64,000 bases of DNA, taken from Raillietiella orientalis. Lineage: Eukaryota. Under the pieces are notes generated by a model. That model was not told where the DNA came from, made no database searches, and saw nothing but the letters and a program-made list of their open reading frames with translations. The stretch is taken from contig JAYWIR010000047.1 in assembly GCA_036172245.1 (NCBI GenBank), forward strand, positions 1,178,001 through 1,242,000, written 5' to 3'. The translations under genes and the position numbers were made by a program. Positions 23,601 through 63,149 of this stretch are shown piece by piece; positions within the stretch are counted from its first letter, which is position 1, and the number at the start of each line of letters is the position of its first letter.

Positions 23601-26600
23601 CACCCCTCCTTAGCAAGACGGCCGCTTCCCCCTTTGAGCTCGCGTACTGAGCTTGCGATCGACGGAAGCAGGTGGCCTCCGCGTGCTGCTGGCTTCTGCT
23701 GCCAGCTTTGAAGACAATCAGGAACGGACAGCGGGCGGTTTTTCGACTCCATTCCATCCCCTTTCTTTTTGGTTTTCTATCAGTATTCTTTTATCAGTTC
23801 TTTTTTTGGTTTCATTCATTCTTATACGTGGTGTCCCTGTCAGACAGCTTCTCGTCCTTTTCGGCCAAGGTTCAGAGTGATAGGTTGATAGCTCATGTAT
23901 GGATACTCCCTGTGGACTATCAGCGAGCGATAGGAAGGATGCCGTGCTTCATGAAGGGGAGCTTTCCTTCCTGGCGCCGAGCATTCGGTGTGGAAAAGAC
24001 GGGTCCCCAGAGGGCTGCCCGGAAACCTGGGTCAGGCTCCCGCCACTTCTCCGACCTGCTTCCTGCGACAGAGACGGCGTCTGCTCATGTGCTCGGTTGG
24101 GAGAGTCCTTGACATTTGCGCTTCCGGGAGACTGGGAAAGCGCCCCCATGCTGGACTGCGAAACCGAAACGAAAGCTCGGTTTTCCCTTTCCCTCTGGAG
24201 GCGGCGCGCGTGGAACTCCCGCTTTTCCGTGGCGGGCAGCTCGCCGTCCCCGAGAGCCCCGCTCCTCCCGAAGGCTTTTCCGGAGGAGCGCCGTGACTCT
24301 TCGAACGACAGTTTTCCAGGATGCGCTCTCGGCGCTGCCGACTGGAGCGGCCACGAGCGGAGGGCGGCGCCGCCGGGCGTGAGGGTGTGGCACTCCGCGC
24401 AACATCGCCGTTCGTCTCCAGGGGTCTCGAGGTTTCCGGGACAGTGTGGGAGGAGAAGGTTGGGTCTATCCCCCCTGATGGGTAACCGGCATCCATGTGG
24501 AGCGGGAGAGGGTGCGGAGTCGCCGTTCCCTGCCCCCTCCCCCTTGGGGCACCGTCACTGCCTCCTGATCCGCCAGATCGCCCCGTCGCGGACCAGAGTC
24601 CCACGATCCGGACAGGCCCGGAGGGGCCGGCAGCGGACCCCACCTGCATCTCGACGACCCCGACGCGTTGACCCTTTGGAACTCTCCTTTCACGCCTCTT
24701 GTTCCGCAAGACCAGCTTTCCGGGGGGAGGAGCATTGGCTCACGGCTCCGGCAGAGCCCCCCTTGCCGATCGCCCGCCTCTTTGCCCTCGCACCTCATTT
24801 CTCCGCCCAGGAGCCGTCCTTCCTGCCTCCGGGGACAACTCGGCGGCGGCAGCGCCGCCGCTCCTCCCCCTTCTCCAAAGCCAGAGGCACGCGTCCCCAG
24901 GCCCCACGAAGTTCTTTGGAGTGCGGAGGGGAGGGAGAGGCACAGAGCCGGCGGCAGTCGGCCCCTCCTCGTGGCGCTGCACTGCTTCGGCTCTGGAAGG
25001 CAGCAGCAGCAGGCGGGAGGGAAGGGAAGGGAACTCCAGCTGGGCCCCCCCTTTCCGTCCGGGCTGATGATGAACGCATCCTGAAGGTCACGGAAGAGGG
25101 CCAGCAGAGTCAGGAAGTCGCTGGCGTGCGCCTTACTCACGAGAGAAGGAGAAACGGGGGAGATTTTCCGTCGCCCCAGAGACGGATGCACTGGACCGCC
25201 CGTTCAGGATGCTCAGACTGCGGCAGCAGCTCGGCGGGCCGTCCCTTCGTCTGTGCGAACGGTCCATGGTGTTCTTTGGACCGTTCTTGGGTTGGGAAGG
25301 CGGGGGAGGGGAATGCAGCCGGCCGGGAGATGCTCTGCAGGGCAAAGGTCCCGGGGGAGCGGGGGTTGGCGGCCCAGCAGCCTCTCATGCCTCGGAAAAG
25401 AAGAGGGTGGGGCCGCCGTCCGCAGTCTTCCTGGAGGGGAGGCCGTCAGTCGAGGACGGCGCGGTACGCTGTCCTGACCTCCCACCTAAGAAGGCCCACC
25501 GCTGCAGAGGTCTCTCGCTCCCGGAGTAGCTCTCCCTCTGGCCAGCAAACTCGACTCACATCTGTCGGGGAGGAAGGAGCAGAACCTCCTCTTCCCGGAT
25601 CCAGCACAGGAAGGGGACGATGGTCAGTTCTCTGTCGGAGCAAGGCAACGGGGCCCCATCCCCACGGAGGGGCTCAGAAAGGAGCGGAGGGAGAAGGAGG
25701 GGAGGGTAGTCCAGTATAATGGGGAGGGGAGGCAGAATGACCTCCCAGTGCCCAGGGTTCTCGCGAGGATATTTGCTTCTCAGTCGGGAGCCTCAGGACG
25801 TTCCATTTCCTGGGGGAGGGACAAGCAGACGTACGGAACGGAGACCACGGGGGAAGCGAAAGAGGACGTTTCTTGACGTTTCTTTGGTCACTGAAGAGGA
25901 GCAGTCATCGGGGGCTTTCCGAATCACCCTGGACCGCGGTTCTCGCGCAGTGCGGGAGCCGATTGTTCTTGCTCTTTGCATCGGCGTTGAGATGATCGGG
26001 AGGAAGAAAAGAGGAAAAGGAGGAGGAGGAAGGGAAGAGGAGAATCTGATCCGTTGCAGCCGCGCTGGCGCAGCTCGGTCGCGAGGGAAGTTCGTGTCGC
26101 GTGCGGCGGGTCGGATGCCGACGGCCTCGGGAGCTCAGAAAGTCCATCTCGGACGGAGGGACGCCTCTCGGGTTCTTGCGGACTGTGGCATGCTGGTCGG
26201 AAGAGCTTCTGCCACTCGCTGCTCTTTCGGACGAATGAAGTCGCTGTCCGGAAGGAAGTGAAGAATGGACTCTTCTAAGCGCCTCCCCACGCCTCGCGCA
26301 GTTAAGGGGCCCAGGCGCCCTTCTTCCCGCCGAGAAGTTTGCGACGCCTGCTATGGCGCCCTGCCAGCTGGCATCACGGCTTCCCCGTCGCTGTCCTCCC
26401 ATGAGGGAGAGCCCCCGGGGAGGGCGTGGTGATGATGAAGGTGCGAGAGGGCGCAGATTCATCTCCGTGGGTCACCCGTTCGTGGTCTTCCTCACGGGAT
26501 GGTCCAGCTGCTCCCCTCCGATCAGCGTGGAGACGTCGTTGGGGCTCGGGCAGGGGTATCTAAACAGCGCAGGCGGACCTCGGTGAGGCTGGCCGGAGGA

Positions 26601-26699
26601 CACCCGCGGCGCCACGCGACATGCGCGGGGACGGAAGCAGCAGAGACGGATGTCTTAGCAGGGTCACCAGAATGGAGTTTACAGAGACAATGACCACCC

Positions 26700-29050
26700 T
26701 CCTGTGCTGCGGGCGTATCCTGCTGGCCCTCTCTCCGAGAGGTCCCACGAAGTAGCCGCATTTCTCCTTCCGCCTGATCCAGAGGCGCCTTCCTGGCTTC
26801 CTGTGACTCCTGGAGGGGCAGCGGCGGAATCTGGAAGGCGAAGGTCACAGTTGACGGCAGGGAGGAGGCCGACAGTCAACCTCGGAAACGGGAGCACTGA
26901 TCACCACAGGGCCGCCCGTTCGTCTCCTCGGGAGGCGCCCTTTTCAGGGCGCGGCTCCTACAAGCGTCCTCCCGCCAGCCTCGCCCAGGTCCCAGCGGAT
27001 CCCCGCAGCCACACCTCGTCGCCGGTGGGCCCGCGGGAGGTCCAAGGGTGCCTCTCCGGCAAGAAGGATGCCCTCCTTGGAGGAAGAGCGGGGAACTTAA
27101 TCCCACAGTGCTTGTGTCCCGAGTCTGGCGTCCCAACGTGGGGCGAGAGAGTCTTCGAGGCACTCCTTGACACTCTGCGGACGTCTCGTCGAGGGGGTCC
27201 TGCGGTCCGAGCCTTCACCTTGCCTGGAGAGTGGTGACGGACACCGTGAAGCCGCCCCACCCTGCAGCCCTCCGCGAGCAGGGAAGTGCGGGGCTCGCCC
27301 GGGAAAGGTCGGGAAGGAAAGCAGGAGGCGTCCCCGCTCAAGGACACAGCTGGCTCGTAGACGCTCCTGGGAGCCCAGCGCCGCCCTTCCGAGGGAGGTC
27401 CGTATCCCGGTTACAGATAGGGGCAGATGAAGAGATCGGGCTGGCTGGAATCTCCGAGGCACAGAGTCGACAGCTGCAGGGGACGCCGGCTCTGCTCGAG
27501 GAGTCGAGGACGCAGACGGAGCGCAGGAGACTCCTTTTTCGGTTCCTTCTCCTCAGCCCGCCACCCACGAAGGCCGAGGGGGGAGGAACGCCTGTCGCTA
27601 GAGGATCGGCTTCCCGGGTCAAGTGGATCAGGAGCATCCTCGGAGCTGCCCACGACCACAGCAGCCCCAACCCTGACCTCGAGCAGGTGCTACCGCTCCC
27701 AGGAGTCCTCCTGCACTGCCGCCACGCTCTGCCTGCGGGAGACCGACCAGAGAAGGAGCGAGGCGCAGCGGAGGCTCAGGAGGGGAAGGGAGACTTCTCG
27801 GCTGCCTCCCCTTGCCGGACTGAAGGCAACAGATGGAAGGCATGAAGGAGGGAGGAAAGGGAAGGAGGAAGGGAGGTGAAAAGGGTGGGAGGAGGAAGAG
27901 ATGCTCCATTTCATCTCCAGCCCACATCCTGCGTGGTGACGGCTTCTCTTCGTCAGCAGCCAGCTCCGCACTGCGGGAAGCCCTTCCTCCCACGCGCCTT
28001 GCACGCACGCGGTTGCTGTCGAGGCGCTGCCGCGCATCTGCGCGCCGCCCTGAGAATGATAAGTCTGCATCGGTGGAGTCGGATCTGGCACCCCTGCTGT
28101 GGCAGCGCCTTGCGGCTTTGGAGTGGCGAGGAGGAGGGGAGGCACTGCTCCTCCGGGAGCAGGAGACTGCGAGGAGCTCCCAAAAGGGAGGAGGGATGCT
28201 GGGAGTGGCGCGACTTCCAGCGGCTTCTTGTCCCCGAGTGGGGGCCTGATAAACGCGGCAGCGGATCCCGTGGCATCCGGAGGCGTGTGTGGAGGTGTCG
28301 AAAAGGTGGAACTCGTTCACCCGGCACCCGCGGGCGCGCCTTCGGGAGAGCATGGAACTGAGGCTGGGGTGCCGGAAGCACTCCTGAGGTCATCCGGAAG
28401 GTTGAGTGAGCAGAAGGTATGCCTTCCCCTCCTCCCTTCTTCACCTTTCCATCCTCCTCTCTTGGATCAGGGTGTGCGAGGCACCGTCCGTGGACCTCAG
28501 GAAGAGCGCGCAGTGAACCCACGGCGTCCTCCAGACAAGAAGGGTGGCCCCGTCCCTCCGGTCGAGGAGTCTCGACTTTTCCATGGGCTCCTCCTCCGCA
28601 GGGAGGATGCAGTCCGAGGAGTCTCCGAAAGCACTCTCCAGGCGGTTTGTTCTTCAGCAGCCGGCTGACGACAGCGCCTCCTTCGGCGTGGCGGGGAAAG
28701 CCGCGAGACTGTGGCGGGTGACATCACTCTCTCCGAGGCCAGGCGCGCGGCGTATCGGTCGCCGCGGGAAGTCCCGCGAGCGCGTTTTGTCTCTGCCCAG
28801 GGTGGTCATACAGACTATCCCCCACTGGTGCAGCCTCCGGGCCCCGACCGAGATGCCTCTCCATGTGGGAGAGCCTACGGCCGGTTCCCCACGGACCCGG
28901 GGGAGTAGTAGGGAGGAGAGCGGAGCAGTTGGCGCCCTTTTGCGAGAAGTCGCCTCCGAGCTCGACGAAAGCGCGCTGGATGGAGCCCGGGGAGAAGGTA
29001 GCGCCAGGAATCCCCCTCTGACCTTCGAGCGAAGAGTCTTAGTGGTCATG
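26700..29050 (+). mobile_element. Decayed L1/Tx1-like LINE ORF2
   Basis: Across shifting frames: VKWIRSIL, LSRRCR...LAPLLWQ, PKREEG..RDF / KGGGMLGV (cf. PKxxGGLG), terminal CLC...QTIPH CCHC-like finger. Confidence 0.4.
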
Positions 29051-29989
29051 TAGCCTCCTTGGAGGTACTCGGGTGCCAGGCCAGCAGTTGCTCCCCTCCT
29101 TCCCCGCCACTGCGAAAGGAGCAGCAGCAAGGGGGAAAGGAGGGCAGTTCTCCAGCGGGTCCACAGACGGCAGCACGCGCGCTCATCGCCGCCGCGCGGT
29201 CTTCCGCGCCGAGCACATTTGTCAGCGGGCTGAGAGGAAAAAAGAGGAGGAAGAAGGGGGGGGGGGTAAGGAAGGCTCGGGGCGCGCGCATTGGTGCATC
29301 AGGAAGCCCTTCGGGAGGGACGTGCCCCTGCCATCGCTTCCTCCGAGACGGCCTCCGGAATATTCCAAAGCTGCCGGAGAGGTGGATGGTGACGGCTGTC
29401 TGAGGGTGGACCCACCCCAACCCACTTCTGCGGGGTCGGCAGCTCGGCCGGAAAGCTTCAGCGCTCGTGTAATCCCGGACTTCCTCGAAGGGATGCAGGG
29501 AAAGTCGGCTGCGTCCCTCGTCTCCAGGAAAGCAGAGGTCCGCTGACCAGACGCTTCCAGGCGAAGAGGGAAAAGGACCTCTTCTGACCCTCACTCGCCA
29601 CTCCTTTCCCGGCAGCGATCCCGCTAGAGATAGGCCGAGAGGGCGCGTCTGGGAATGCCCCCCGTCCTGCTGAAGCGGTCCGCCAGCTGTCGCCGCGGAT
29701 CTCCGCAGGAGGCGAAAGGGCGAAGGAAGGAGGGCAGGGACCACCCTTGAGAACTCGACCTCGCAGCAGGGAGGGAGGCCCGCACGCTTCCCCCTCCTCC
29801 CCCCCCTCCCATTCCTCCCCTCACGCCCGGGTGCGCGCGCGGGCGTCGCGTCGCGCGGCGGCTGCGGCGAACGCCGAGAGTACCGCGGGGCGGGAAGCTG
29901 CGGCGCACAGACGCGAGCCGAGCCCGGCGCGGGAAGGGGCGGCATCTTCCGGGAATCCTCGCAGGAGCATCGCCGACCAGCGGCAAAGA

Positions 29990-55720
<25,731 letters not shown>

Positions 55721-55924
55721 GAGCATTCGCTCCCCGGGGAGGGCCGGGAGAACACCTCCCGGAGGCGGGAGGGGTCCGCTCATCGCACGCAAGTCTTCCA
55801 CATATCCGCTCCCTTGTCGTTGTTGCGTCCTTCCTTCTCCTCCTCCCGTTTTTTCTTTCTTCCCTGTGTACGCCGCGTCGTCGTCGTTCCCCGCTGCACG
55901 CCCCCCCCCCCCCCCAATTACAGA

Positions 55925-55930
55925 AATAAA
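55925..55930 (+). terminator. Candidate polyadenylation signal of Pka-C3
   Basis: AATAAA ~205 nt after the stop, in GC-rich sequence where the hexamer is rare. Confidence 0.55.
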
Positions 55931-56949
55931 GACTGATGACCATCATGCGTGGGGTGCTGCGGCGGCTTCCTGGTTCCTCTGCCCCTTCAGTGAAAGACGC
56001 GCCCCCCGCCTGGAAGGATTCCCGGGAAGGTCAGGTGCGACCTCCGCCGCCAGGAGCGCGTCGAACCCCGGTTGCGGAAGAAAGGAGAGGCTCCTTGGGG
56101 AAGGCGGAGGGGGGGAGCAAAGCTCCCCACGGATCCTCGGCGTCTCCCGTCCCTCGTGGGATGCCCTTCGCTCCCGGAAAGATAGGAGCTCCCTTTCCCT
56201 CTCCTCTCGGCAGCCCACCTCGTCACCTGTCTCCTTCTGGCTCATTCCGCCTCGCGCGCGCGGGTTGGATGCAGGCCAGACCACCACGGATCCAATGGAT
56301 CGACTCTCCTTTCTCCGGAAGACGGGTCTTCGTAGAAGTGAGGATGGGCGCAGCCGCCTCCCCCTTCCCCATCCGCTCGTCTTGTCCTCGCTGCCCTCCC
56401 GGGGGCTCAGAGCCCCTCCTTCGCTCTTCGGCGCACGTCTATTGTCTCCCTCTTCCTTTTCGCCCCCTTTCCAGCCGGCTGGAGGGAAGACACCCGAGGG
56501 CCGAGGGCCTCGGCTCGGCGGCAGGAGCACGAAACGGCGAGGAGGAGTTCGTTGCGCGGCGACTCCTGAAAAGCCTTCGGGCGGGCCAACCTGGGAGAAA
56601 GGAGAGGGGGGGCGTCTGCGGTCCGCTCGCGGCGCCAAGCGGCGACGACTCAAATCCCGCTGTGAGGAACGACGCCGAGTTGGACGCGTCGCGAGTTTCG
56701 AGTCCTCCCCGCGAGATGACATTGGGACGGCTCCGGGCTTCGCCGAGTGCATTGGACTGCTGCCAATGGGCTCGCGTCGCATCGGCAGAATGTCCCGTTA
56801 GTTGGCCGAAAATGGGGAAAGCGGCCTTTCTGAGGTCCCTCCCTATCCTCTTGACGCACACCTCCGGCATGTGAAAAAAATAAAAAAGAGAGAAAGAGGA
56901 AACTCCTCCTCCTTCTCCATCACCCGGTTGCAACAAAGGGCCCTTTCCC

Positions 56950-58100
56950 TCAGAGCCATTGCGGTTCACGCATTTCTCCGAGGGGAAAGCGATCTACGCT
57001 TGTGCGAGAAATCTGCTAACCGTCTTCCCGAGGATCCCCGTTCCCCCGGAGCCGATGGCTCTGGTGCGGAGTGCCTTGAACTCGTGCCTGCTGGAGAATC
57101 AAGCGGGCCGTGAGTTCTTCCCAAGGAGCACGCGGTCCTCTGCCCTGGGTCGGCGACGAGGCGGCAGTCGATGGACGTCTCCCAGCGAAGGCGGAAGCCG
57201 GCCAGGTTCGGCAGGCTCTCCTCTCCTCCCCACAAATGTCGGCCCACGCGCGCGGCCTCAGCCGTGCGGGAGACCGAACCCGTTGTTTACGACCAGCAGC
57301 AGTACCGAAGTTCTCGAGACGGCTGCTGATGCGCACTCCGCCATGCGAACCCGAACTGGGAACACCAGCGGGCGGATGCTCGCGAACCAGAGTGCACGTC
57401 GGAAGGCTTTCCCGTGGATTGGCGCAGGTCTTCCCACTTCCACCACCATCTCCGGAGACAAAGGAAAGAAAGGAACATCCAAGCTCCACAGCAGCAGCAC
57501 CGGCAGCACCAGCACTGCACGAATGAAGGTCCCGAGCCATGCGGTTCTCGACATCCCCGAGACCTCCTTCCATTTCGCTTCGCAGCGCCCGGTTCCCTGC
57601 CTCTGCCGCACATCTAACTCGCTGCCAGGATCACGAACTCATGAGCGAAGATTTCGGAAGGACCTCAGGCGATGCGGCGCACGCAAGCCGGTCGTTTGAT
57701 CGCCAGGCTTCCCATATCCTTGCGTGCAGCGTTACCAGGCTTGGGTCGGGTCCACGAACTTTTCCCGAAGTCCAGAGCCGCTGGGCTGGCCTGAATGAGT
57801 GCGTCCACTACACGGGTCCGCTTTTCCAGCGTCATCCGGCATCTGAACTTTCCGCTTGGATCGGGTCCGTGCGTTTCCGCCTGCTGCCCTTCTTTCCAGA
57901 TCCCGAACTGCTAGCGCATTCTGGACTGCGGCCATCCGCGTAACACGTCGACACGCAGCTTTAGTCCGCTTCGTGTTCACCACATTCACCTTTTTCTTTC
58001 ATCTGAATGACTTTCCAGACGTTCATGAGCTCGAAATTCACGTGTGCCTCCTGCTCGTGTTCAGTCGAGCACACGTTTGTTACCTGTAAGGCAGGCGCAT
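56950..58100 (+). mobile_element. Decayed I-clade-like LINE 3' portion
   Basis: RHPASELSAWIG (cf. RRxExxLxRLRIGH), followed by CASCSCSVEHTFVTC (CCHC finger). Confidence 0.4.
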
Positions 58101-59799
58101 CCGCAAGGTGTGCACGACGTGAAACAAATCCCCACGAGTAGAGCATACGTGAGTATGCGCGCATGTGTGCACAAGCGGAACATCCGTACCTTTTCCTGAG
58201 AGAGTCCTTCTGCATCATGTGTGACTGCACACTCTTGGAATGGCAGTGGCTTCCTCCTCCCCCCTCCCCAGTCCGACAGGCGGCGAGGCGAGAGACTTTG
58301 CTTGCAGCAGAGCGGGAAGGCAGAGGAACGACACAGCGAAAGGAGAAAACGACTGCCACACGTCACCTCACTCATGAGCAAACACACGAAAGTTCGCGGT
58401 CCAGATCACAAGTTTCCCAGATGGAGATCACTCCTCGCGCGGGGAGGAATCGGAGACGCCTTCCTTGCCCTCGATTTGCGACGACGACTCTTTGCGGATG
58501 AAACGTCCGGCAGCAAGCGTTTATCCCGTTGCGGCGGTGCTTTCCTTTTGTGAAATCCAAAAGAGCGGTCCGGTTGTTCCCTCTCGTCTTCGCCCGCTTC
58601 GCTCGCGGGTTTCATCTGCACGTTCCCGAGAAAAGAAAGCGAAACAAGCAGAGGTCGTGAACGTCGGAAATGCCTCGCTGCTCATCCACGACGGATGAGC
58701 GAATGGATAAACATCCAGCATTGGTGCTGCAAATGCGAGTAAGATCACTCGAACTTTCACATGGGAACACCTCAGTTTGGATACACAGGAAAGAGAAGAC
58801 GCTCTCTTTGTCGTGTGTTTTATTGGCTCCGGCGGTCCACACGCCTGGTTCTTCGACGTGCTCGACCAAAGATCAAGCGAAAGGTCAAAGCAGGCAAGGC
58901 TTGTCTTGCTTTGGACGTTTTGCTGATAATCACTGTCATGCTACTGCGTGACAAGATGATTTATTTTAGGGGGAAAGAGAGCCGCCATGTGGGCGAACAT
59001 CTCTTCACGACATTATCGGAGTTCTAACACACAATTTCCTCGATGACCCAGAGAGCGACCGCATGCAGCCGAGCACCATAAACGCTAGAACTGCCAATTC
59101 TAGCAGGGGCCAAAAAATAAAATGAAATGGAAAAAGAAAAAAAAATGCATCTCACTGCAGCACATGGATCGTTCAAAGGCAAAAAGTCAACTGAAAACCA
59201 GTTGGCTGGAACACGAAAGGTCCAAAGTTCTCCTTACTGGTGTCGCTGCTTGACTCCTCCTTCACGCTAAGGAACCGCGCGCCGTCCGTGAAGGGGTGCG
59301 GCAGCACCGCTTGCGTCAAGGGTTTGGGCGTCTTTGCGTTCACGGATTCGATTTCTGACCTTCGATGCTCCAAGAAGAGGTCGCCACCAGACCGGGGTTC
59401 AGCCTCGCTCTTCCGCCGAGCGACTCTTCTTGCAATGTAGCTCATTTAGAGAATAAATAGAATCGCATGATATCTAGATTTTTACAAAAGACAGACAGCA
59501 CGTTTTGGGAAAAGGGAGGAGTTCAGTGGGAGGTTAACTTCCGAGGGGCAACGGGAAGTTCCGTAGGTTGCAGTTCCGTACGATGATGGACAACCTTCTA
59601 AAGAGTGGGGTGGATGAAGGATGTTGGAGTCCTCCGATTAAGAATCAGAATTTCGCTTATTTCTTCTTGTGTAGGAGGAATTTGTGAATTGTTATTCAAA
59701 AACCAGAAAACAAAACAAAACACGCATACACACACGTGTCCTCACATGCCAACAAAACCATTGTCCTGGGACCTCTCACGCGCAACGAGTTTCTGCAGT

Positions 59800-60860
59800 G
59801 GCGCTCACTTGCAGCTCTGACAACGCCGGCCAGCTGTGTGGTGTTAGTGCTGCAAGTATACGTAGCGCTGACAACCGAGTGCTATAGGGGAGTTGCGGAA
59901 TCTTTTTCGGTATCTTGAAGCGACGTTGAAAGAGCAGGAATGAGAGGAGAGTGAAAGTTTTCTTTGAGCGAATTACGGAAATTCAGCTGGCGACCCGAAA
60001 ACAGAGGCATCCAAAGGTAAAGGGAATCTATCGATTCCCCCTTCGACTCCAGGGGTAGCTGTGAAGACGTAGGAATCATCATTTGCAGACAATTTGCGAT
60101 TCTCCTATCTTCGAGAGCAGCATCCATCTTGACCACAGTCAACTTTACGGTGGAAGACCTAATCGTTACTGAATTTACAGTTTACTTCCTGCTTTCCTCA
60201 GTCATTCTGCTCGCAAGCTGCTTTCACTGACATTCCTCAGATGCAGATTCGACCGTGCACTCTGCACCACCTTGCAACCAATAAGAGATGATAAGTTCAG
60301 TGAGCTAATGACCTTCAAAGGACTTTTCGCGATGCTGGCTCCTATCTGCAACCCACCAGGATATCAAAGCCCTTTACTTCGTGTTCAGGATCTGAGCTCA
60401 ATCTTGGGAATTTCCTTAAGATTTCCATCAACCTCTAGAACTTTCACAACCACTATCTCTCGTCAATAACAGCGGACTCCATAGAATCGTGACCTGACTA
60501 CAATCTTCTTTCTCCAGATACCAGCAAGAAGGAGTGACCTCCGCAACTTACCCCCTAATCATAGGAACACCGGACATAGCTGCAGCAAAGCAACATTACC
60601 TCCTGACTCTCACTCATCCTTCTTTATAATGCCTCTTTAGATCAACGCCTCTTCATCAAAAAGCACCAAGAGCTAGCACTAGCATAGAGCCTGTACTCAC
60701 CACTCCCTACTGTTCCCTCCAGTTCATCCATAGTAATCGATCACGCCCTCTTTACCTTGAGCTTAGCTGGAATTCCGTCGTCCCTGAGAGCCATCAATCT
60801 CAATGCCACTGTCGTCCGCATGTCACCCTTGAGTACACCCACCTTTCACAAATATTCCTT
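59800..60860 (-). mobile_element. Decayed LINE reverse transcriptase
   Basis: LRDDGIPAKLK (cf. GPDGIPxxLLK), EKSFE/YHLLL (KAFD region) and KLSANDDSYVF (YADD region) in the correct order. Confidence 0.5.
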
Positions 60861-61699
60861 CGTCTATGAACCATCCCTATCACTGCCGCCCAACTATTCC
60901 TAGCGCCACCCGTTCAAGAAGGAGCCATGGCGATGCTTCCCCCCCCCTCCTCGATCGAAATTTCCACCCATCGTCCTCTGGACCTACAGGAACAAGACAC
61001 TCCATCTTCTTTCAACAGTCGCATTCTAATTCTTCCACTGTTCGAAATGACATCCCAGAGTATTCTACGGAAAGGGGGGCCAAAAGAAAAGAGGAAATCT
61101 CATAATGCTGAGCCATGTAGCTGAGAAGAAACAGCGGATGAAAGAACTTCTCGATTGAGGCGCTTTGCGGAGCGAGTCTTCCTTGATTACGAAATGGAAG
61201 AAGATGCCACATTTTTTTTAACTTTTTGAGGAGCAAGTCTTACAATCCCGGGAACTCCAAAGCGCAAGAACTGTTAAAATCTCTGAGAGGAAAAAAAGGA
61301 AAAAAAAGGAAAAAGACAATGTGCCTTATCTTTTTATGGGATCTTGGCAAAGGGAATGGGGAAAGCACAAAAGCCAGGAACAAATGAAATGCATTATCGG
61401 CTGAATCGAAACGCATCTCCGCCTACTGACCCAACAGTGTGTGCTTCTGGCAGCAGGCGCAGACATCTGGCAAAGATAAATTGAAGAAGGAGCAAGAGTC
61501 GAAAGCAGTAGTCCGGGATAACACACAAGGAGACATGTTTCTTCAGTCGGAGTAACCAGAAGAGAACGTCCGTCAAGAATTTGATTCGCCAGTGTTTCTC
61601 CAGCCCGCACATCTGCTGAAACACCTGCTGCTTTTTTTTTTTCTTTCTTTCTGACTCCCGGAGCGCAATTTACGAGCGCACTTGTGGACCCTCGAATCT

Positions 61700-62720
61700 G
61701 GCATTCATGCATCTGCCTGATTCCCAGCATTCGGAGTCCCCAACTAGTGAAGACGCAGTCTTTTGTCTGGAACGACAGAGGTGTCACGGTTTTATGCAGC
61801 ACGAACCATCGGAACAACTTGAAAGACCACTTGAAATTCGCCTTTTCTGCGCTTCTTAAAACCCAACTGTTGAGGAGGAGTAAGCAGAGAAGAGTACCCG
61901 TAAGCGAAGCCGACGATGCTAGAGGCTCGTTTGCTCATAAGGAGGGAGCACAACCAAGGGGAGAAGGAGGCACTTTCAAAGGTATCGCTTTGCTTCGAGG
62001 AGGACGGTCCCCGAGGTCGTGTACGCCATCGCTCACAGCAAACTATTCTAGTAGAAACGAAAAGAAGTGGGGAAATGGGAAAAAGGATCGGCGTGGAGGA
62101 AGGACGGAGAAGGTGAAAGGAGTCCGTGTGCCAGGAGGCGAATAACAGAGGAGTCTCCTGACCAAATACTCTGAAAGATGGAAACTAAGAAACTTCTAGC
62201 GCTCTTCAAGGAAGAATTTCGAATCTGAGAATGCGTAAGCAGCAAATGGACTCATGATTATGAGTACTTGGAGCTCAGAGCTGAAATGGGTAGTCCCGAG
62301 GTGACCCTGGACCTCTGCCGATGAGTCCGAAAGTTCATGCACGCAGCAAGACCTCAAAAGGGAGCAAAGAAGTAAAGAGGAGGAGCAAAGAAGAGGCAAG
62401 GAAGCAACTGCAAGCATCGCAGAGAGGCTATTGGCGTGATATGGAACAAGGCTGCTTGGATAAAACGAAATAAGTTCGTAGGCATTTCGGGCATAAGGCA
62501 ATGCTCGAAATGTCTGCGGATACTAAAAGGAAAGGTTGAAAAGGCAACACGTGACAAACACATCAGGTGAGAATGTACATGCAAAGAACAAAATGGAGGT
62601 CAGGCACGGACGGTGCAGGTTTAAGCAGCGTACTGACTGGAAAGCTCGATTGCTAGACAGTGCTAAACACTTTCATTTCTGTAGGGAGGTCCAGGGCGTG
62701 GCAAGCCTGAACCGAAGCAC
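61700..62720 (+). mobile_element. Decayed RTE-like LINE 3' end
   Basis: EKV...PGG (cf. EVxxFxYLG), RREAIGVIW (cf. RRILxIxW), KMEVRHGRCRFKQRTDW (cf. GKxEGxRxRGRPxxRWxD). Confidence 0.45.
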
Positions 62721-63149
62721 CGGCTACAGAATCAGCAAGAAAATTGGGGCAAATCTCGGGGGGCAGAGGGAGCAGAAGTGCACATTTTCTTTGTGGGCAT
62801 CATGAGATGAGAAAGGAGGGCAGGCGAAATTACAAGCATCCATGATGACGTGGGAAGATGGGCGTACGATCCATCTGCACGAAGAAGCAGATCTACCTAG
62901 CTTTTTTTTTTTTTTTTTGGCCCACGCGCGCGCGCCCGTTCCTGGAAGCGGTAACGAGGTGCTCCAGAAGAAAAACAGAACCGTTGATGGACCACCGAAG
63001 ATGAATGGATGCCGCAGAAACACGAAACGATCCTGGAACAAATTCATGCATCCTCCAGGCTTCGCTTAGATGTAGGCAACGAGGAAGGGAAAGTGCGACA
63101 TCTGGTCTCTGAGCCGGATGAGAAGATGGGAGCGCAAGAGAGAAGCTAA

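Noticed and set aside
23899..25719. 606-aa ORF, and the many other 150-360 aa ORFs between 24 and 58 kb
   Set aside because: R/G/P/S/A-rich low-complexity translations, overlapping ORFs in several frames, no domain motifs; expected in very GC-rich DNA.
59173..59445. 90-aa minus ORF with an ATG and an internal GTAAGG donor (possible first exon)
   Set aside because: No downstream exons or homology identified; it sits among LINE debris.
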